A stretch of 64,000 nt of DNA from Vicugna vicugna (GCA_013265495.1 MU058844.1:10190184-10254183), one strand, 5' to 3'. Shown: positions 26,064 through 40,499, counted from the first letter of the stretch. Notes: generated by a model not told the origin, from the sequence alone. Program-made: numbers and translations.

Positions 26064-27018
26064 GTCTGTGCGCCCCAACGCCGGCTCTCCTGACCCTGCG
26101 GGTCTTCGTCGGCCTTCCGCCGAGGCCTCCCCTCCGCTCTCGGCCTCCTGAGGCTGGGGGCGGCGGGAGACTCCTTGCTGTGGGGTGAGGGGGGCGGCTT
26201 CCCGCGAAGGAGGGAGGGCGAGAACTGGTGGAGGGAGGGCGCTGGGCTTGAGGGCCCCCTCAGACCAGTTGGTGGTGGAGTAAGGGAACCGGGTGATTTC
26301 CGGGGCAGGGGTAAAAAGGACTGTGGTCGGCTAAGGCCCCAGGGCCATTTGTGGACGTGTGTCTGGGATTTGGGGTCGAGGTGCGGAGCAGTGGAGTGGG
26401 GTTGTGGTTGGGCCCCCAGTGTCAGTAACAGACTTGGAGGACGGGGGCTGCTGAAGAAAACGACTAACAAGGGGCATTAGGGACACTTGGGTAAATGGAT
26501 GTCTTTGGCTTGCTAGGTGGGCATTGGATTTATTGTAGTTTTTAAGACTTGGTTACAAACGATGATGATAATAATAGTAATCAAGAGCCCTAAGCCGAAT
26601 GCCCGGAGCAGACGATTTCCTGTTTTCTCCTTTATTACTCTTGGTCACTGGGGAGGAGGGAAAACGGGGTGTAATTAGCCGATTTGCACCGGCTGAAAGG
26701 GAGGAGATGGAAGTGGATAGGGTAAGGAAGCGTTCTAAAGGGCTTGCCCACCGCGGGACCGGAACATAATGAAGAATCTCTTACTCCGGGAAGACTTTGC
26801 CGCAGTGTCAGAGATCCTTTGGCCCCAGGTCCTGGGGTGTGCATTGGGGTTAGAAAGAGAAGAATAATGCGAGACACTCTTTTTAAAGCCGGTTACCAAG
26901 CTCAGATTTTTCTTTTAGGGGTGGGAAAAAGGAAAGCTGGCCACAAACTTTTCTCAAAATGGATGCTTTGTGCATGTTAAAGTTTTATAGTAGTCTGATT
27001 GGGATCTCTCAATGTTAG

Positions 27019-27028
27019 CCAAATAAGG
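27019..27028. promoter_or_regulatory. Consensus CArG box (candidate SRF site)
   Basis: CCAAATAAGG, about 1 kb into intron 1, in DNA that does not look repeat-derived. Confidence 0.45.
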
Positions 27029-30000
27029 AGAAACTATTGGCAATCCAGAGATAATGTTGCTTTGCCTTTAACAGGCCAAAAGCAACACAAGCACGTAGAG
27101 TTCTGCATAAAAAGCAGTTTTTCAGCGATGATAATAGGTGTCAAGACATAAACTTTTACATTTTCTTAGTGGGCAACTTGAAATTACTAGGAAACGACTT
27201 TGTAACAATAGCTTCCCCTTACATTGAGAGGACTTATAAACTAACTCAAAGTTGCTTTGGTTGTATGTGGAAGATAGTAGCTTTATTTGGATTAATACTG
27301 TAGCAAAAACTTGTTTGGGAGGTTGAAACTTAAGGCTTTATATTTTATGCATATTACTTTGCTGCCTTTTAAAAAGAGGTGTGTGGTGGCATTTTTCCTT
27401 TTTACTGCTTCCTGTTTAGTGAATGATGACCGTTTTAAGTTTTATATAATTGAATTCTCATATCAAACTTGGCTTATAGCCTTTGTTTACAAAGTTGACT
27501 GGATGAACTATAATGACTGACAAACTGCAGGACAAATCTGGAATTCAGAATGTGGTACCCAGTAAAAATGTAGCGTGGTTTTAGCTCTTTTCTCTGTTCT
27601 ATTAATTTAGAATCTCTAATGTATAACAAACTTTTTAGTTGGCTGAGGTTTATTTTAAGGCATAGCATAACTCTAAAAACATGGTGTTAAGAATGAAAGA
27701 AAATGGACATTAGAAATGATCATTTAATTATGTAAGATGAATCTTTTCAGATTTCTTTCAAATTAATTAATTTACATGGTTTAGTATGGAATTGATTCGG
27801 AAAGACATTATTGTATGCTTTAGGTCAGGATACAGTTGGATAATGGTTTATATCAGTATGCTTTATTAAAATTCTCATTTAGAAATTTAAAGTTGTTACT
27901 GTTGTTGGGGAACCCAATAGTATTGGCCTGGAGGAAGAGGAAAGTTTCTAATACTTTTATTATTATTGGTTAAGGTAGAGAGAGAAAATACACGTAACAG
28001 GCTTCTTACAGTTTTTTTTTCCCCTCAATTTGGACATGTTGCGAGAATTGTCATACTTAATAATGTCTTCCTGATTAACTGAATTCAGCAGTTACTTTGC
28101 CATTATATAGGTGTTGTTTTTATTAGATGTTTTGTTTTAGCTGACAAGCGCTTAAGCAGAAGTTTCTAAGTTTATGCATAATCATTTGCATACCTTTTTG
28201 TAATTTATCTGCACACTCCTTAAGTCAGTGAAGCCAAAGTCTTTAAAATATTAAGCATTAAAATTTTTATTATGTTTTCTCCATCCTCATTTCTGGTTTA
28301 TTAATAACTCTTGTACTTTTTTCCCATTGTGACAGAGAACAAGGAGTTCACTTTGAGCAAATTCAGAGCAACAGATAGTGAAAGGTGATAAAGAAAATTT
28401 TTTAAAAAGAGTCACAGGAAAATTTTAAGCTCAGAAATCTCTTGAATACTGATTGCTTTAAATACTTAAATTATAAAGACTAAAATTGACCCCCTGATTT
28501 AATAGCCCTTGAAAAAAAAAATATATATATTTAACCCCTTGAAAGCTCATAGAATACTTAGAATGTTTTTACCAGATTAATTATTGGCTAGTCTTTTGGA
28601 ATATTCATTTACATCTTTGGTGGTGATCAAGTGTCTCAAATTTCACTGTCAGAAGAAAAGTTTTAGGAACTTTATAGCCCACGAATACACTTCTTAATCT
28701 AGAATTTTACTTCCATTTCTAATATAAACAGCTTATATTTAAAAGGTTCTTTATTTGGTTGAATGTTCTCTGTCAAAAGTTACAAAAGGCAGTCAGTTTG
28801 CACTTTTTTTTTTGGTGACGAGGGGTTAGAAATATGTGATCCATATAGAAGATTCAGTGTTTCTAGTCAAATTTCCAGTCTTGGTCTCTAGAATAGCCTC
28901 TTTCCCCCAAACGCCTTCCAATATATAGAAAACAGTAGAAGTTTAATATAAACTTTTGACTGTCTAGAACTGAGATCTAGAGTAGATTTTCATTTTTATC
29001 AGTGGGCAATAGTCAGCTCTGATTTAAGGGCTACTTGGTAGAGTTTTAATACTATATGATCTATATGTTTCAGTATACTTTATAAAGATTTTAGGAGAAT
29101 AATAATAGAGTTTTCTATAGAATGTTTTACTGCTGATAATTCCTGAAACTTATGTGCATAAAATACAGGACTGAGATTTCTTCCGACAGTTTTGAGTTGA
29201 ACCTTTTGGTTTTACTTAAAATCTTGTCTACTTCTTCTGTGCCAGTGACTTCCATGTCAATTTCCAGTTCTCACATTTCTGCAGAGCGCCAATCCTTCAT
29301 TTCCACTTTTCCACTGATGACAGTGTTGATTTAAAATAAAATATTATCCAATATATTGCGATTTTATATTTAAAAATAATCTTCAAGTAGTGATGTAGTA
29401 AATAGAGGTCCACCCCCTTTGCCATAGAATAGCAACTATTTATTTACATCAATATCAGGAATTTGTTTAAATTCAACCTGAAATGAAACTTTTCTTCACC
29501 AAGCCTACTCTTTTCATGGATACCTCTCTTTCTGATAATGATGTCATTAATCTCTAGATCAGGCTTTAAACATATTAGTTATTGTTTACTCATCCTCCTG
29601 TCTGCATATATCTAATCAGTCTTCACAGTTGCTTTGGCATCAGTTCTTTTTCTTGCCACTCTTATTATCAGCCTAGGTCATACCTCTTTTATTTTTATCC
29701 CTAGCGTATAGTAATGGCTTAATTGCTTTCTCTGCCTCTTCTCTCCCTGGTCCAGTTCAGCATTCATACTGCTATCAGATTAATCTTTTAATAATATCAT
29801 TTTGATTGTGTCATGCCTTTCCATAAGTTCAGATTTAAAGTATTTCACCATTTCGCTTATACCTGATATATCTCCATTGTGTTATATCCTTTACTTTTTT
29901 TATTTCCATGCCTATGGCCATGCTTTTTCCACCACCAGAATATACTTCCTCCTCTTTGCCAACAAAAATCCTAGTGGTTCAAACCAGTTGCCATCCAGAA

Positions 30001-31220
30001 AGAATCTTTCTGTTCTTTGAGTTTGTATAATACTGTGGGACTGAAGGGCTCTCCTCTGGGGTGCTCATTGTACCTTATATTTTGCCTCTGTGCTGCTATT
30101 AAAATACTTCTTACTGAATACTGTGTGTGTGTATAAGTTTACATTTCCTGGTTGACTGTAAGGACCCAGTCTTCCACATTTTTGTATTTCCAGAGCTTAG
30201 CACATAGTAGGTGCTCACTAAAGATTTGTTGAATTTAGCTTTTACCTCATACATAGATATGAAGTTTTATAGTTATGTTGTGAGATAAATCATTAAAGCC
30301 TTCACACCCAGGCACTTAGGGTATGGTTTTTGCACATAGTAGAACTTGCGTATTTATAAAATAAATAAAAACTTCATTGTGGATCTTCTGTGCAGATATT
30401 TTTAATATCTTGAAATTTAAAAAAAAGTTTCTAATATTAACATCCTTCCTATGAAAAAATCCTAAACCAGTTTAAATATTAAATGATAGAAAAATATTCA
30501 CTTGAATCATCAATTAATTTACTACCTTCTTTATAAAGATCTGAATTAGGTCCTATGGAGGAATACAGAATAGAATTAAATCTATGTTCTATGCTATTAT
30601 AATTTAAAAATAAAGGTTCTCTTTTACTTTTCAGTACAGACAAGACTTGCAGATAAGTTTAATGTTCTATCCTTCTGTTCTTAAAATAGAAATTTAATCA
30701 ACTTTTAAGGGAGCCTTTTGAAGTTTCTTTGAGAAATACGTGACTCCCCTCTTGTTAGTAAAAAGAATACTCTTGTGCAGTCTTAAGTGCTTAATCTTCT
30801 CAGTTCACTGAATCATAATCTGAAATGTAACTCTCTTTTAAAAAGTATTCTAATGGGGCTACTTAAAGTGTTTTCTCACCAAAAAGGAAAAGAGACTGGA
30901 AGCAGCTGATACTGAGTCTCCTGTTGTAGAATAGTGTGATTGCTTTGTATGAGAAATATCTTTAAAACTGAATATAGACTTTGTAATTTTTTTTTGTTTG
31001 TTTGGGGATGTTAAGATCTTAGAAGACTCTGTTGGATCCCTTGTAAATAATATTAAAATCTGTGTTTTTAAAAATGTGCACTATAAGTTATTTTCTCTAC
31101 ATAATTTTATTTACATAGCTATACTTTATGCTGATGGCTCTTAAAACTTTTTATTGAAATCATCCTAAATCTATTTAAAAAAAATAAACAAACAATACTT
31201 CTAACCCCAAACTGGCCCCT

Positions 31221-31260
31221 CACTTCCTGTAAATAAATGGACAACCCTAGCCATATATGG
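31221..31260. promoter_or_regulatory. ETS + Forkhead + CArG cluster (candidate enhancer)
   Basis: CACTTCCTGT (31221-31230), TGTAAATAAA (31228-31237) and CCATATATGG (31251-31260). Confidence 0.45.
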
Positions 31261-34200
31261 GGGGTGCTGGTAGAGCACCAGTGCCCACACTGCTGCTGTT
31301 ATAATACCTTCTGTGCAGTTGCTGCCTTTGTGCTTCCTGGCAACAGTTTTGTGGTCTGACTTTGAAGTGTCATAACCAAGACCATCTTTCATATGCTTCA
31401 GCTACAGTGTGATTACAAGCTGTGACTGAGCATTTTCTAGTATAGTCAGGTAGAAACATTAGATGGAATAGAGGAAAAATTATTTTCATCATCCATTTGT
31501 TGCCACATTTTACAATACTGTTCACATAAGTACTTTAAAAACTATCTAGTTAGATGATTTTAAAAATATAACTATTTAGAAACTTTTGGGGGCGAGGTGA
31601 GATACAGAACATTGTTTTGTTACTGCTGTAACATGTTACTTCTTGACACTTCCTGAAATTGCTATTTTCGTTGCCTTTCTGCCTGCCCAAAATTGCAATT
31701 TTCACCCCACTTTTCTTTTGAAAGTTTGTAAGATTCCACAGTCGTTTGGGAAATCGAGTATTAGCATTTTGGTATATCTTTTTGAAAGGTTAGAGACCTT
31801 CCCACAGTCATTTTGAGTTTCTTCTAAGTTGTGGTTGGATATGTACTAGTCATGATTTATCAGTGTTATTCAGGAGGGAGATTAGCTGGTGAACATTTGC
31901 TGAAGATTTGTTACATGTAAAACATTGTGATAGGTAGTTTTATAACCAGCATCTCATGTAATTCTCACAAAATCCCTTTTTTCTTGCTCAAGGTTACCAA
32001 GATAATAAATGGCGGAGCCTGGTTCTTACACAGGTCTATGTGATTCTAGAGACCAAACTTAACACTATGTTACATGCCTTCTTTTCAGACTAAAGAAGAA
32101 AATGTTCTTAAGTCTCCTAGTCATTATGGTTGCTGATTAATAGTTGGAGGTTTCCATGTTAATCAGCCAAGAATCAAGCGAAACACACGATAGACACCAT
32201 TTTTTCTTCATCTACTGTTGTTTTAGCTAGTCAAAACTTGTAAGAGCATTTCTGTGGTAATTGAAATGCGGTGATCCTATATCTAAATTAGTCTTAGAAT
32301 CTGCCCTAAATTTTAGGAACTGCAAAGATTGTTTTTGACTGACTGTTACATGCATAATGTTTGATCAAGTGCTTTGGGAAGTACAAAGGAAGTGAAAACA
32401 GCAACAGTACTCTCCTTTTTTTAGGACAGAGTTTATTTAATCTTTAAACACCTTCATTTTTCTTTATCCTAATAACAATTTATGTTAATGCTCTAGGCAT
32501 TTTTATTTTTACTTACTTACTGTAAATTCCTTATACACAGACCCTTAACTCTTTAGTGAAAAGATATAAATTATAAGTGAACTCATATCAGCAATAGTGA
32601 AGGAAAGGAAGGAAGGAAGAAAAGAGAGAAAGAAAGCTCCAGCTTGTCAGTACCATTTAGCTTAATCTCCTGAAATTTACTTTCTGTACAGCGATTATTG
32701 GTGTTTATAATTAGGACTTGAGACAGTCTGAAATGCTAATAAAGTTGCCTGCGTTAACTTCTGAGTTACTAAAACAAACCTTTTAATGTTAATCATATTT
32801 GATTTGAATTGGAAGCCTTTTGTTAGTAGAAATATCCAAGTCATTAGACTGTTCCATTCCTTAAATCATTTTGCAAAATTTAGCCAAATTATATTTCAGA
32901 TCTTACCTTGGAAAAGGTAATAGTTTTCGTCTTCTTAGTGATAAGAGAGAGCACCATTTGAAATGTAGTTTACTTGTTGTCCATCAAATCATTGGTTCTT
33001 GAAATTTTACATTTCATGGACCAATAAATTTTTTTTTAATTTCAGTGACTAAAAGAGGAGGACCTAATATTCATGTTGTCATTTTAGAACATTAAAAACA
33101 AACAACCTGATCACATTCTACCATCATCACTTCATGAAATTACGAATATTTTAACAACATGTGGTATCTAAACAAAGGACAGTGGGGACTCATATATCAA
33201 TCTATAAGATTATTATTCTATTGACAACAGATGTTCTTGATGCTCTTTCATGCAAGTGGAGTAGTTGAGGATGAACAGATTTCATAGCTCTATTCCTTAT
33301 ACATAGTCTCCAGGATACAAGAGCGTGCAGGTGGTAGCTGGTCTCATCATCAGGGTGCAAGTGCCTGGTCCCTGATCACCCAATAAAGAGTGAAAAAGAA
33401 TTTACCTGAAGAGATTCGGGAGATCAGTGAAAGCTGGTTTCATATTTATATTTCCATATGCCTCTGCACATGTAATCTTCCTCTGAAATGTATTTCCCAG
33501 TTTATTTATATTAGGGCACAGCTCAAAGCACAAAATGTGGACTTGGTTGACCACTGGGGTGCACAGTGATTCTTTCACTTACTGTTTAAACCCTAAATTT
33601 GGCATTATACACTACCTGCTATTGTTAGTATAGCTTATCTCCAGACAAAATAGTGAATTCCTTCAAGTGGGGAATCTGATTCATTTTTCTTTAAATCCCC
33701 TTTGGTATCTGTATTTTATTTTAGCAGGTGCACAGTAAATGTTTGTTAATTAAAGAAAAAATGAACATAGTGTAGACTAACCTTGTGAAGAGCAGAGTTC
33801 ACAGAGAACAAAATGATGACAGTGTGGGGGTAAATATAACAAAATGATGACTGTGTGGGTAAATATAATAAATATTTTTAAATGTTCTAATAAAATAACT
33901 TATACCAATAACTTACTTTTTTAATACTTATAATGTAAAGGTAACCATTATTATGGTCAAAATTGATCAGGATCTTAGTTCTTTTTTTTTTAATGAAATG
34001 TATTCTGATTACCAATACAAGTAGAATTTTGCTCAGTTTATGTAACATACTTTAAAAATGAATTTCTCTAAACAAATCATTAGGTGTTGGTTTAGAAAAG
34101 AAATCCCTAGCATACTATCATTAGAAGCTAATCCATATTTTCTAATGATTTTAATGACTTTTTTCCCTAAATAACACGTTCACTATGGATCCCTGTATGT

Positions 34201-37074
34201 CAGTATTTTCTGACCTTATTAGTATTTTGGTTGTTTATCTTTTCATTGTCGTACTGGCTAACCATAAAAAGGCAAAGATGAGCTCTGTGTTCCTGCCCTA
34301 AGTGTTCTTGCTCTACTCGAATGCTCTTTCATGGGTGGAGACATTCCACATCGTCATGTGTTATATAGGCATTTCTGAAATGACATTCAGTAGAAACCAT
34401 GGAAAGAAATGAAGGCATTCCTCAGCTGTCACCTTTTCAGTAATCTATTTAAATACGTTATGTGCATTGAGTGAGATACTGCACAGGGAGAGCTTCACTG
34501 AATAAAAAGCATTACTTTCACTTGATTATTAACTCATATGAGCTGAAAATACAGTTTTTAACATGTTCCCTAACCCCCCCCAAAAAAAATTAGGTTGTAG
34601 AAGTTTGTGTCATTTTCTAAATTACTTGCATGGTGCAGAGGAGAAATTTTGTGAATTGATACCCTTTTAGAAGTTAGCCACAGGGCAAAGTGTATTTTCC
34701 TGGATTAATAATGTTAAAACACACCCACACGTCAATTACCTTTACTTCGTAGTAGACAAACTGATGTATATACATTTAATTAGCCTTCAAATTTATTTTA
34801 GTTGGCTATAAACTGAATCCAGTATTTCTGCGTTTGCTTGGAACATTCCTGGCACTTTTCTGTTGGAGCTTCCGCTCTTTTGAATATCACCAGCATTGAG
34901 TTGAGTTTGTGTTTTTTTCTTTCTTTCATTCAGGAGAGTTTTCAAGTTTTGAAAATGATAGTTATTGGAGATGTGTCTGGTGAACAAAGTAGATCATGAG
35001 TAATCATGGTTGATAAATACTATCACTGCTAGACAATATTTGCTGAAAAGCTTATTCTTAGTTGAAACATGGTCATAAGGAGACCATCTTGGATTTTAGT
35101 CTCTTTTTACATTATTTGGACTTGAGTATGCGTCAGAATTTCTTTATGATTAACCTAGGGTACTCTTCGTTTGTATTCTAGATTTTGCATGAAACAAGTC
35201 AGTAGCTTACATAGCTTATGAATTGAACATGGTCTTTTTTTGTGGATGTTTGTGTTTTCCACAAAAGATTTTGATGCTGCTGTTGCCAAATCATAGCACT
35301 GTATTTTGTTAAGAGCTATTGTTTTTCTCAAAGATATGTTAATTTATATAATTTTTCTTAAAAGATTAGAACATACGACATGTTCAGCAGTTTCTGTATC
35401 CTTCCCAAGTACATGGAATGATCTGCATAAAAATTTTGCCTCATCTTCAAGTTTTCCCCTTTCAAAATGTGTTGCTATTTAACTCTTTCAGCCATCTTTT
35501 TTTTAACACCAAAATATCTAAGTTTCTGATTTTCTCAATGTGACGTACATGAAAATGTCTCAAGTGATTATTAAGCCTTCAGTGCCTTCTATTCTTGCTT
35601 TTTGTCTGCTCCATCTCTTTTTATTTTTAAACATGGCTTACTTTCAAGTTTGTTTATTCTATATGTTTTTTTATCCCAAACAAAAATTGAATTAGAATAA
35701 TTATTTAAGTAATTAAAACATCATAGAAAAATATAAAAAAGAAAATAAATTCTGTTCAAATTTTCAGGCACGGAGATAGCTAGACTCATTTAAAATTTTG
35801 GTTGACTCTCTTTATCAATCTCTATCCAATATATAATTTTCTAAAAAAGGGATTATATTTGATTTTCTGGTTTATAACCTGCTTTCTTAATTATAGTTTT
35901 TTAGAAATATTTCTATATTAATGGATATTGGTTCCACTGTGTGAGCTTGTGTGTACATGTGTGAGTACACGTGTAAATCCCAAAATCTGTTTTCCCAGTC
36001 GTCTGATGATGAATATTTAGTATATTTTCAATTTCTCATGGTATGGTGGATAGTATACATATTTGCTCATTTGTGACATTTTATTGTTACGAGTATTTCT
36101 TAGAGATTTCACCTGCAGTTTTATGTTTTGCCCAGAATAACATGCTGTTTCAATGCTTGTTTGTGCAGAAGATATTTTCAGTGAAGTTTTCTAATATAGA
36201 AGGCTAACCTTGAAAGTACTCTTGCTGACACACGTCTGTTGATTCATAATGTGATGATGTTATCATTCTTCTCTAAGGTATCCAAAAGAAAATCTAATTT
36301 ATTACTTTATTACTCTGTATGTTAATAAAATTTGTATATAAATTGCTTAAAATATTAAATAGTATTTGTATTTATAGATAAGTGATGCTGTTCATTTAAA
36401 TTGGTGATATTTGTACAACAAATACATAAATCATTATTTACCATATGCCTGGCATGAAGTCCTTGCCTACATGTAGTGTATAATCTAGTTAGTATAGAGA
36501 CATTGGGTGAGATGACAGTTTTTATTAGGAGAACTTAACGTAGAATGTCAGGAAAGACATTGCTGAGAAAGCTACGTTTAAGTTATAGGTAACTTAACAG
36601 ATGTCTTGAGTCTTTCATGACCCTGCCCCCTCATTATTCTCTGAGTGCCCCTAATCAGTTTCCCTTTCTGATCTTTTTTTTTTTCCTTAAAGAAGAATGT
36701 CCCAGGGTTCTATGTATATCTCTATTTTTTTCTTTTCCATATCATTCATTCTTAGTTTCACCTGTCTTTTCATATGATCTGTTCTCCTGGGTATATAATC
36801 CACATCTTATTTTTGACATCATCAATCTTCTAATCACTACAGCTTTAGGTCTTCTTGTGTTTTCTCCCTCCACTTCTGACATATAATCAATATCTCCTAT
36901 CATGGACACCTGAAAAAGAAATACTCTCAAATCCATACTACTTTTTATATGTTCCTTTAAAAGAATTAAAGGCCTACTCTGCCATGAACTATTAAGTGCT
37001 AGGGGATATATTTATAAACAAAAGAGATATCAACACTACCCTCATGGAGTTTAAAGTAAAGTGAAATTGCTTCG

Positions 37075-37870
37075 CTATCAGGAATGTGGAAATCAAAACC
37101 ATAGTTAGATACCATTTCATACCCACCAGAATGGCAATAATAAAAACAACAGATAATAACAAATGTTGACTAGAGTATGGAGAAATTACATCCCTCATAC
37201 ATTGCGAGTGGTAATGTAAACTGGTGCAGCCACCTTCAGCCACTTTCAGAACAGTCTGGCAATTCCTCAAAAGGTTAAACATGGAGTTGCCATATAACCT
37301 AGCAGTTCTACTCCTATGTATATACCCAAGAGAATTGAAAACACGTATTCACACAGAAATGTGTACATTAATGTTTATAGCAGAATTATCATAATAGCTA
37401 AAAAATGGGAACAACACAATTCTGTCAGCTGATGAATGGATAAACAATATGTGGTATGTTTTGTCACTGAAATCATTGGAATGTTATTTGGCAGTAAAAA
37501 GACACTAAGTACTGATGTACTGATACTTGGACAGCATATGAATGTTAAATACATTATGCTAAGAAAAAGAAGCTAGTCACAAAAGACCACGTATTGTAGG
37601 ATTCCATTTGTATGAAATGTTCAGAATATGTCAGTCTATAGAGACAGAAGATAGATTAAGGGTTGCCAAAGGCTGTAGGTGTTGCGGGGAAATGGGGAGT
37701 GACTACTAATGGGTATAGCATTTCTTTTTAGAGTAATAAAAGTGGTTTGAAATTAATCGTGATGATTCACATTGCGCAACTTGGAATATACCAAAACCCT
37801 TTAATTGTGCACTTGAAATGGATTATTGTATAATGAGTGAATTAATTTTTAATAAGCTGTTATATTTTTA
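37075..37870 (+). mobile_element. L1 (L1MB-like) ORF2 tail and 3' UTR
   Basis: Contains 'aaatcaaaaccatagttagataccatttcatacccaccagaatggc', 'ccatataacctagcagttctactcctatgtatatacccaagagaattgaaaac' and a terminal 'aataagctgtta'. Confidence 0.88.
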
Positions 37871-40499
37871 AAGAATGCAATTATTTATTAGTGTCCATCA
37901 CTAAAAATTGAGACACTGGCAGAGGCTGTAATTCTCTTCTGCTAATCCCCCAACCCCAGCCTAGGCTTGGTGCTCATCATGATGGCAAAAGAGAGAGCCA
38001 GTCATTGTCCCTGTCCTAACACAGCTTGCAGTGTATCTGGATATCTAGATAAATATAAGGTAATTACACATTTTATGTCCGTTGTGTGTAACAATACGTT
38101 GTGGCTGTGGCACAGAGCACTGTATGGAAGTTTCTGAAGGTGCATCTTACTTAGCTGTGGGGAAAGGAAGCCTTCCTGGAGAGAGTTACCTTTAGCGCTG
38201 CTGAGTGGGGAGTCAAGGTTGGCCAGAGCTGTGAAGGGAGGCTGGGGTATGGGAAACTGTTTCAGGGAGAGGGAATGGCATGTGCAAAGAGCTGGAGGTG
38301 TATAGAAGTGTTGAAGGATTTTGATCAGGTTAAATGAGACAAATTTTCTCTTTAAGAAAAGTCACTTTGGCTGCAGTGTGGAGGATGCACTGAAAAGAGG
38401 ACAAGATGGAAGGCAGGGAGACTAGTTGAGGAAGTTGAGTAGTCTAGGGACAATGAACTAGCTTAATGGGAGTGGGATTGGAAAGTAGTAGATAGACTCA
38501 GGACATCTACTTAAGAATTAAAATTGGTAGGAATTGAAAGTAGTTTGGCATGAGGGAAATAGAAGCAAAGATGTGCGTGAAGCATTGCCAACTAGGTGAA
38601 TGGAATGCTTTTCAAAGGATATATTTATTCAGTAAATACTTTGTGCTTACTGTGTAGGTCAGCAACAGAGTATATTTGAATGCTACTGGGAGTGACAGGC
38701 AGTAAACAAGAAATTACAATCAAGTGTGAAATGTATGCTAAAGGATATGTATAGGATGTTGAGCTAGCCTGGAGGAGAGATGGCTTACTTACAAATAATA
38801 TATAAAAATCTCATTTGGAGAGTTTTTTGTCGTGGACTTAGCCTGTTTTCTTAGGCCTTCCTGGTTCTTGGGAAGTGTGAATACCAAATAGAACAGAATT
38901 TATGAGGTTACAGAAAAACCACAGGATAAGGATACATGCTTAGATTTTTTAGATTTTTGGTGAACTATGTAAAAATACATGCAAAATTTTGTGTTTGTTT
39001 TTCTGTGTCTTTCAGTTCAGAGGAATTAATTAATAACTTCTAAGAAAGGTCAAATGTATTTTTATGATATTGTGGAAGAGGACATATTATGTGTTTTTAG
39101 CGATATGGGGAGGAGTAGAGCACAGAACTGTTGGGAGAGGAATAAAGGAGTGGTAGTAACAATCTTAGAAGTCTTTTATTGCCTGAAATAATGCACTGTG
39201 AAAATGAGGTCATAGGTTAAAATGAGAGGTGACAGTACATTTTCTCAGAGCATGCTGGATTTTGCTAAGAATTGTACAGTTAAAGTAATTATTCAACAAA
39301 ATCTGTAACTTCTTCAGTTTCTAAATGTACTAAGTTATGTTTTCAGGGAAAATAAAGGTAAAATATTAGTTCTAACATAGAAACTTATACCTTGATACAG
39401 TTTTTCGTTTGCCTAATGTATTTTAATATTTTTTCTTATTTGCTCAAAATATTAATAGAGTTGCTTTGAGTGTTTACATAGATTAATGTTTTGTTTTTAA
39501 GTTTCACAATTAATGAGAAAAGCAGCAGCTCTGCAGAGAGGTTGTGTGGGTTACTTTGACCTTGAGTAATCATCATTGGATTTGTTTTAGCTTAAATGAA
39601 GTAGGAAGTGGTATTATATGTTAGACCTTAACTCAGAATTAACATGGCATCTTTTCCCCTTTTTAATCCACCCTTGACAGTTAAAGCCAATCTTATTGGG
39701 GGGGGGTGGAGGGAGAGTATGTCTGTCTTTGTCTTACATATGAAATGGACTGATGGTATATAAATTGTTCCCTTTCAAAATACACTTAAGTGTCAAAAAG
39801 TTAGTTGCAAGGCAATATATATGGTATGATTCCATTTGAGGAAAAATGTTGTTCGCATACAAAAAAAAAAATCTGGAGAAGTTACCCCAACTATTAATGA
39901 TTATATCTGGGAGGGAAATAGGGAATATCTTGGGTTATGTCATCTCTGAATCTTTTACAACAAGCAGAAAAAAGTGATGAAGATGAATCTGAACTGGAGA
40001 AAAATGCTGAAATGGCTCCTTCAGTTATGTATTTGGGATTACATATAGAGATACTGTCATTACTAATGCTAGTCTTTGGCCAATCAAGGAAGCTGGTGTT
40101 GGTGGTTAAGTAGTTATTTCTGTATTATGCCAGTCTTTTCTCTGAACCTTTTATTTCATAAGGAAAGACTGATTGTCATTGTGATGGATGCCTTGGGAGA
40201 GTTTTAAAACAAGAAAGAAAATTAGGGGTTTAGTGAATGTATTTTGAAGCTTTTGGCAAGTGAACTCTAGAAAATTCAGAGAAAAGATAAGTGCAATTTC
40301 CAAAAACGCAGGTAGTTTTTGAGGAGTAAAGGAGTTTTTAAAGATACAATTTGAACTTCAGAATTTTAATCAGTTCTAGTAGGAAAGATGTAAAGGAAAG
40401 ATCTAGAAAAGCAATTTCTATATGGTGAGCTTTTTTGCCTTGGTTTATATGAATATGAAAAACATTTAATGATGAATATCTGTTTCAAGAATGAATTGA

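Larger units (their letters stand above)
25300..26250. promoter_or_regulatory. PPP1R12A: CpG island / TATA-less promoter of PPP1R12A
   Basis: Abrupt GC- and CpG-rich segment in AT-rich, CpG-depleted flanks, spanning the first coding exon. Confidence 0.92.

Noticed and set aside
26064..26093. C-terminal VCAPQRRLS of the 88-aa ORF
   Set aside because: This is intron read-through; MYPT1 homology stops at the CAG|GT donor.
25197..26480. Other long overlapping ORFs in the CpG island (e.g. 25451-26188, 245 aa)
   Set aside because: They are Pro/Arg/Gly/Ala-rich, often with non-ATG starts, as expected in a CpG island.
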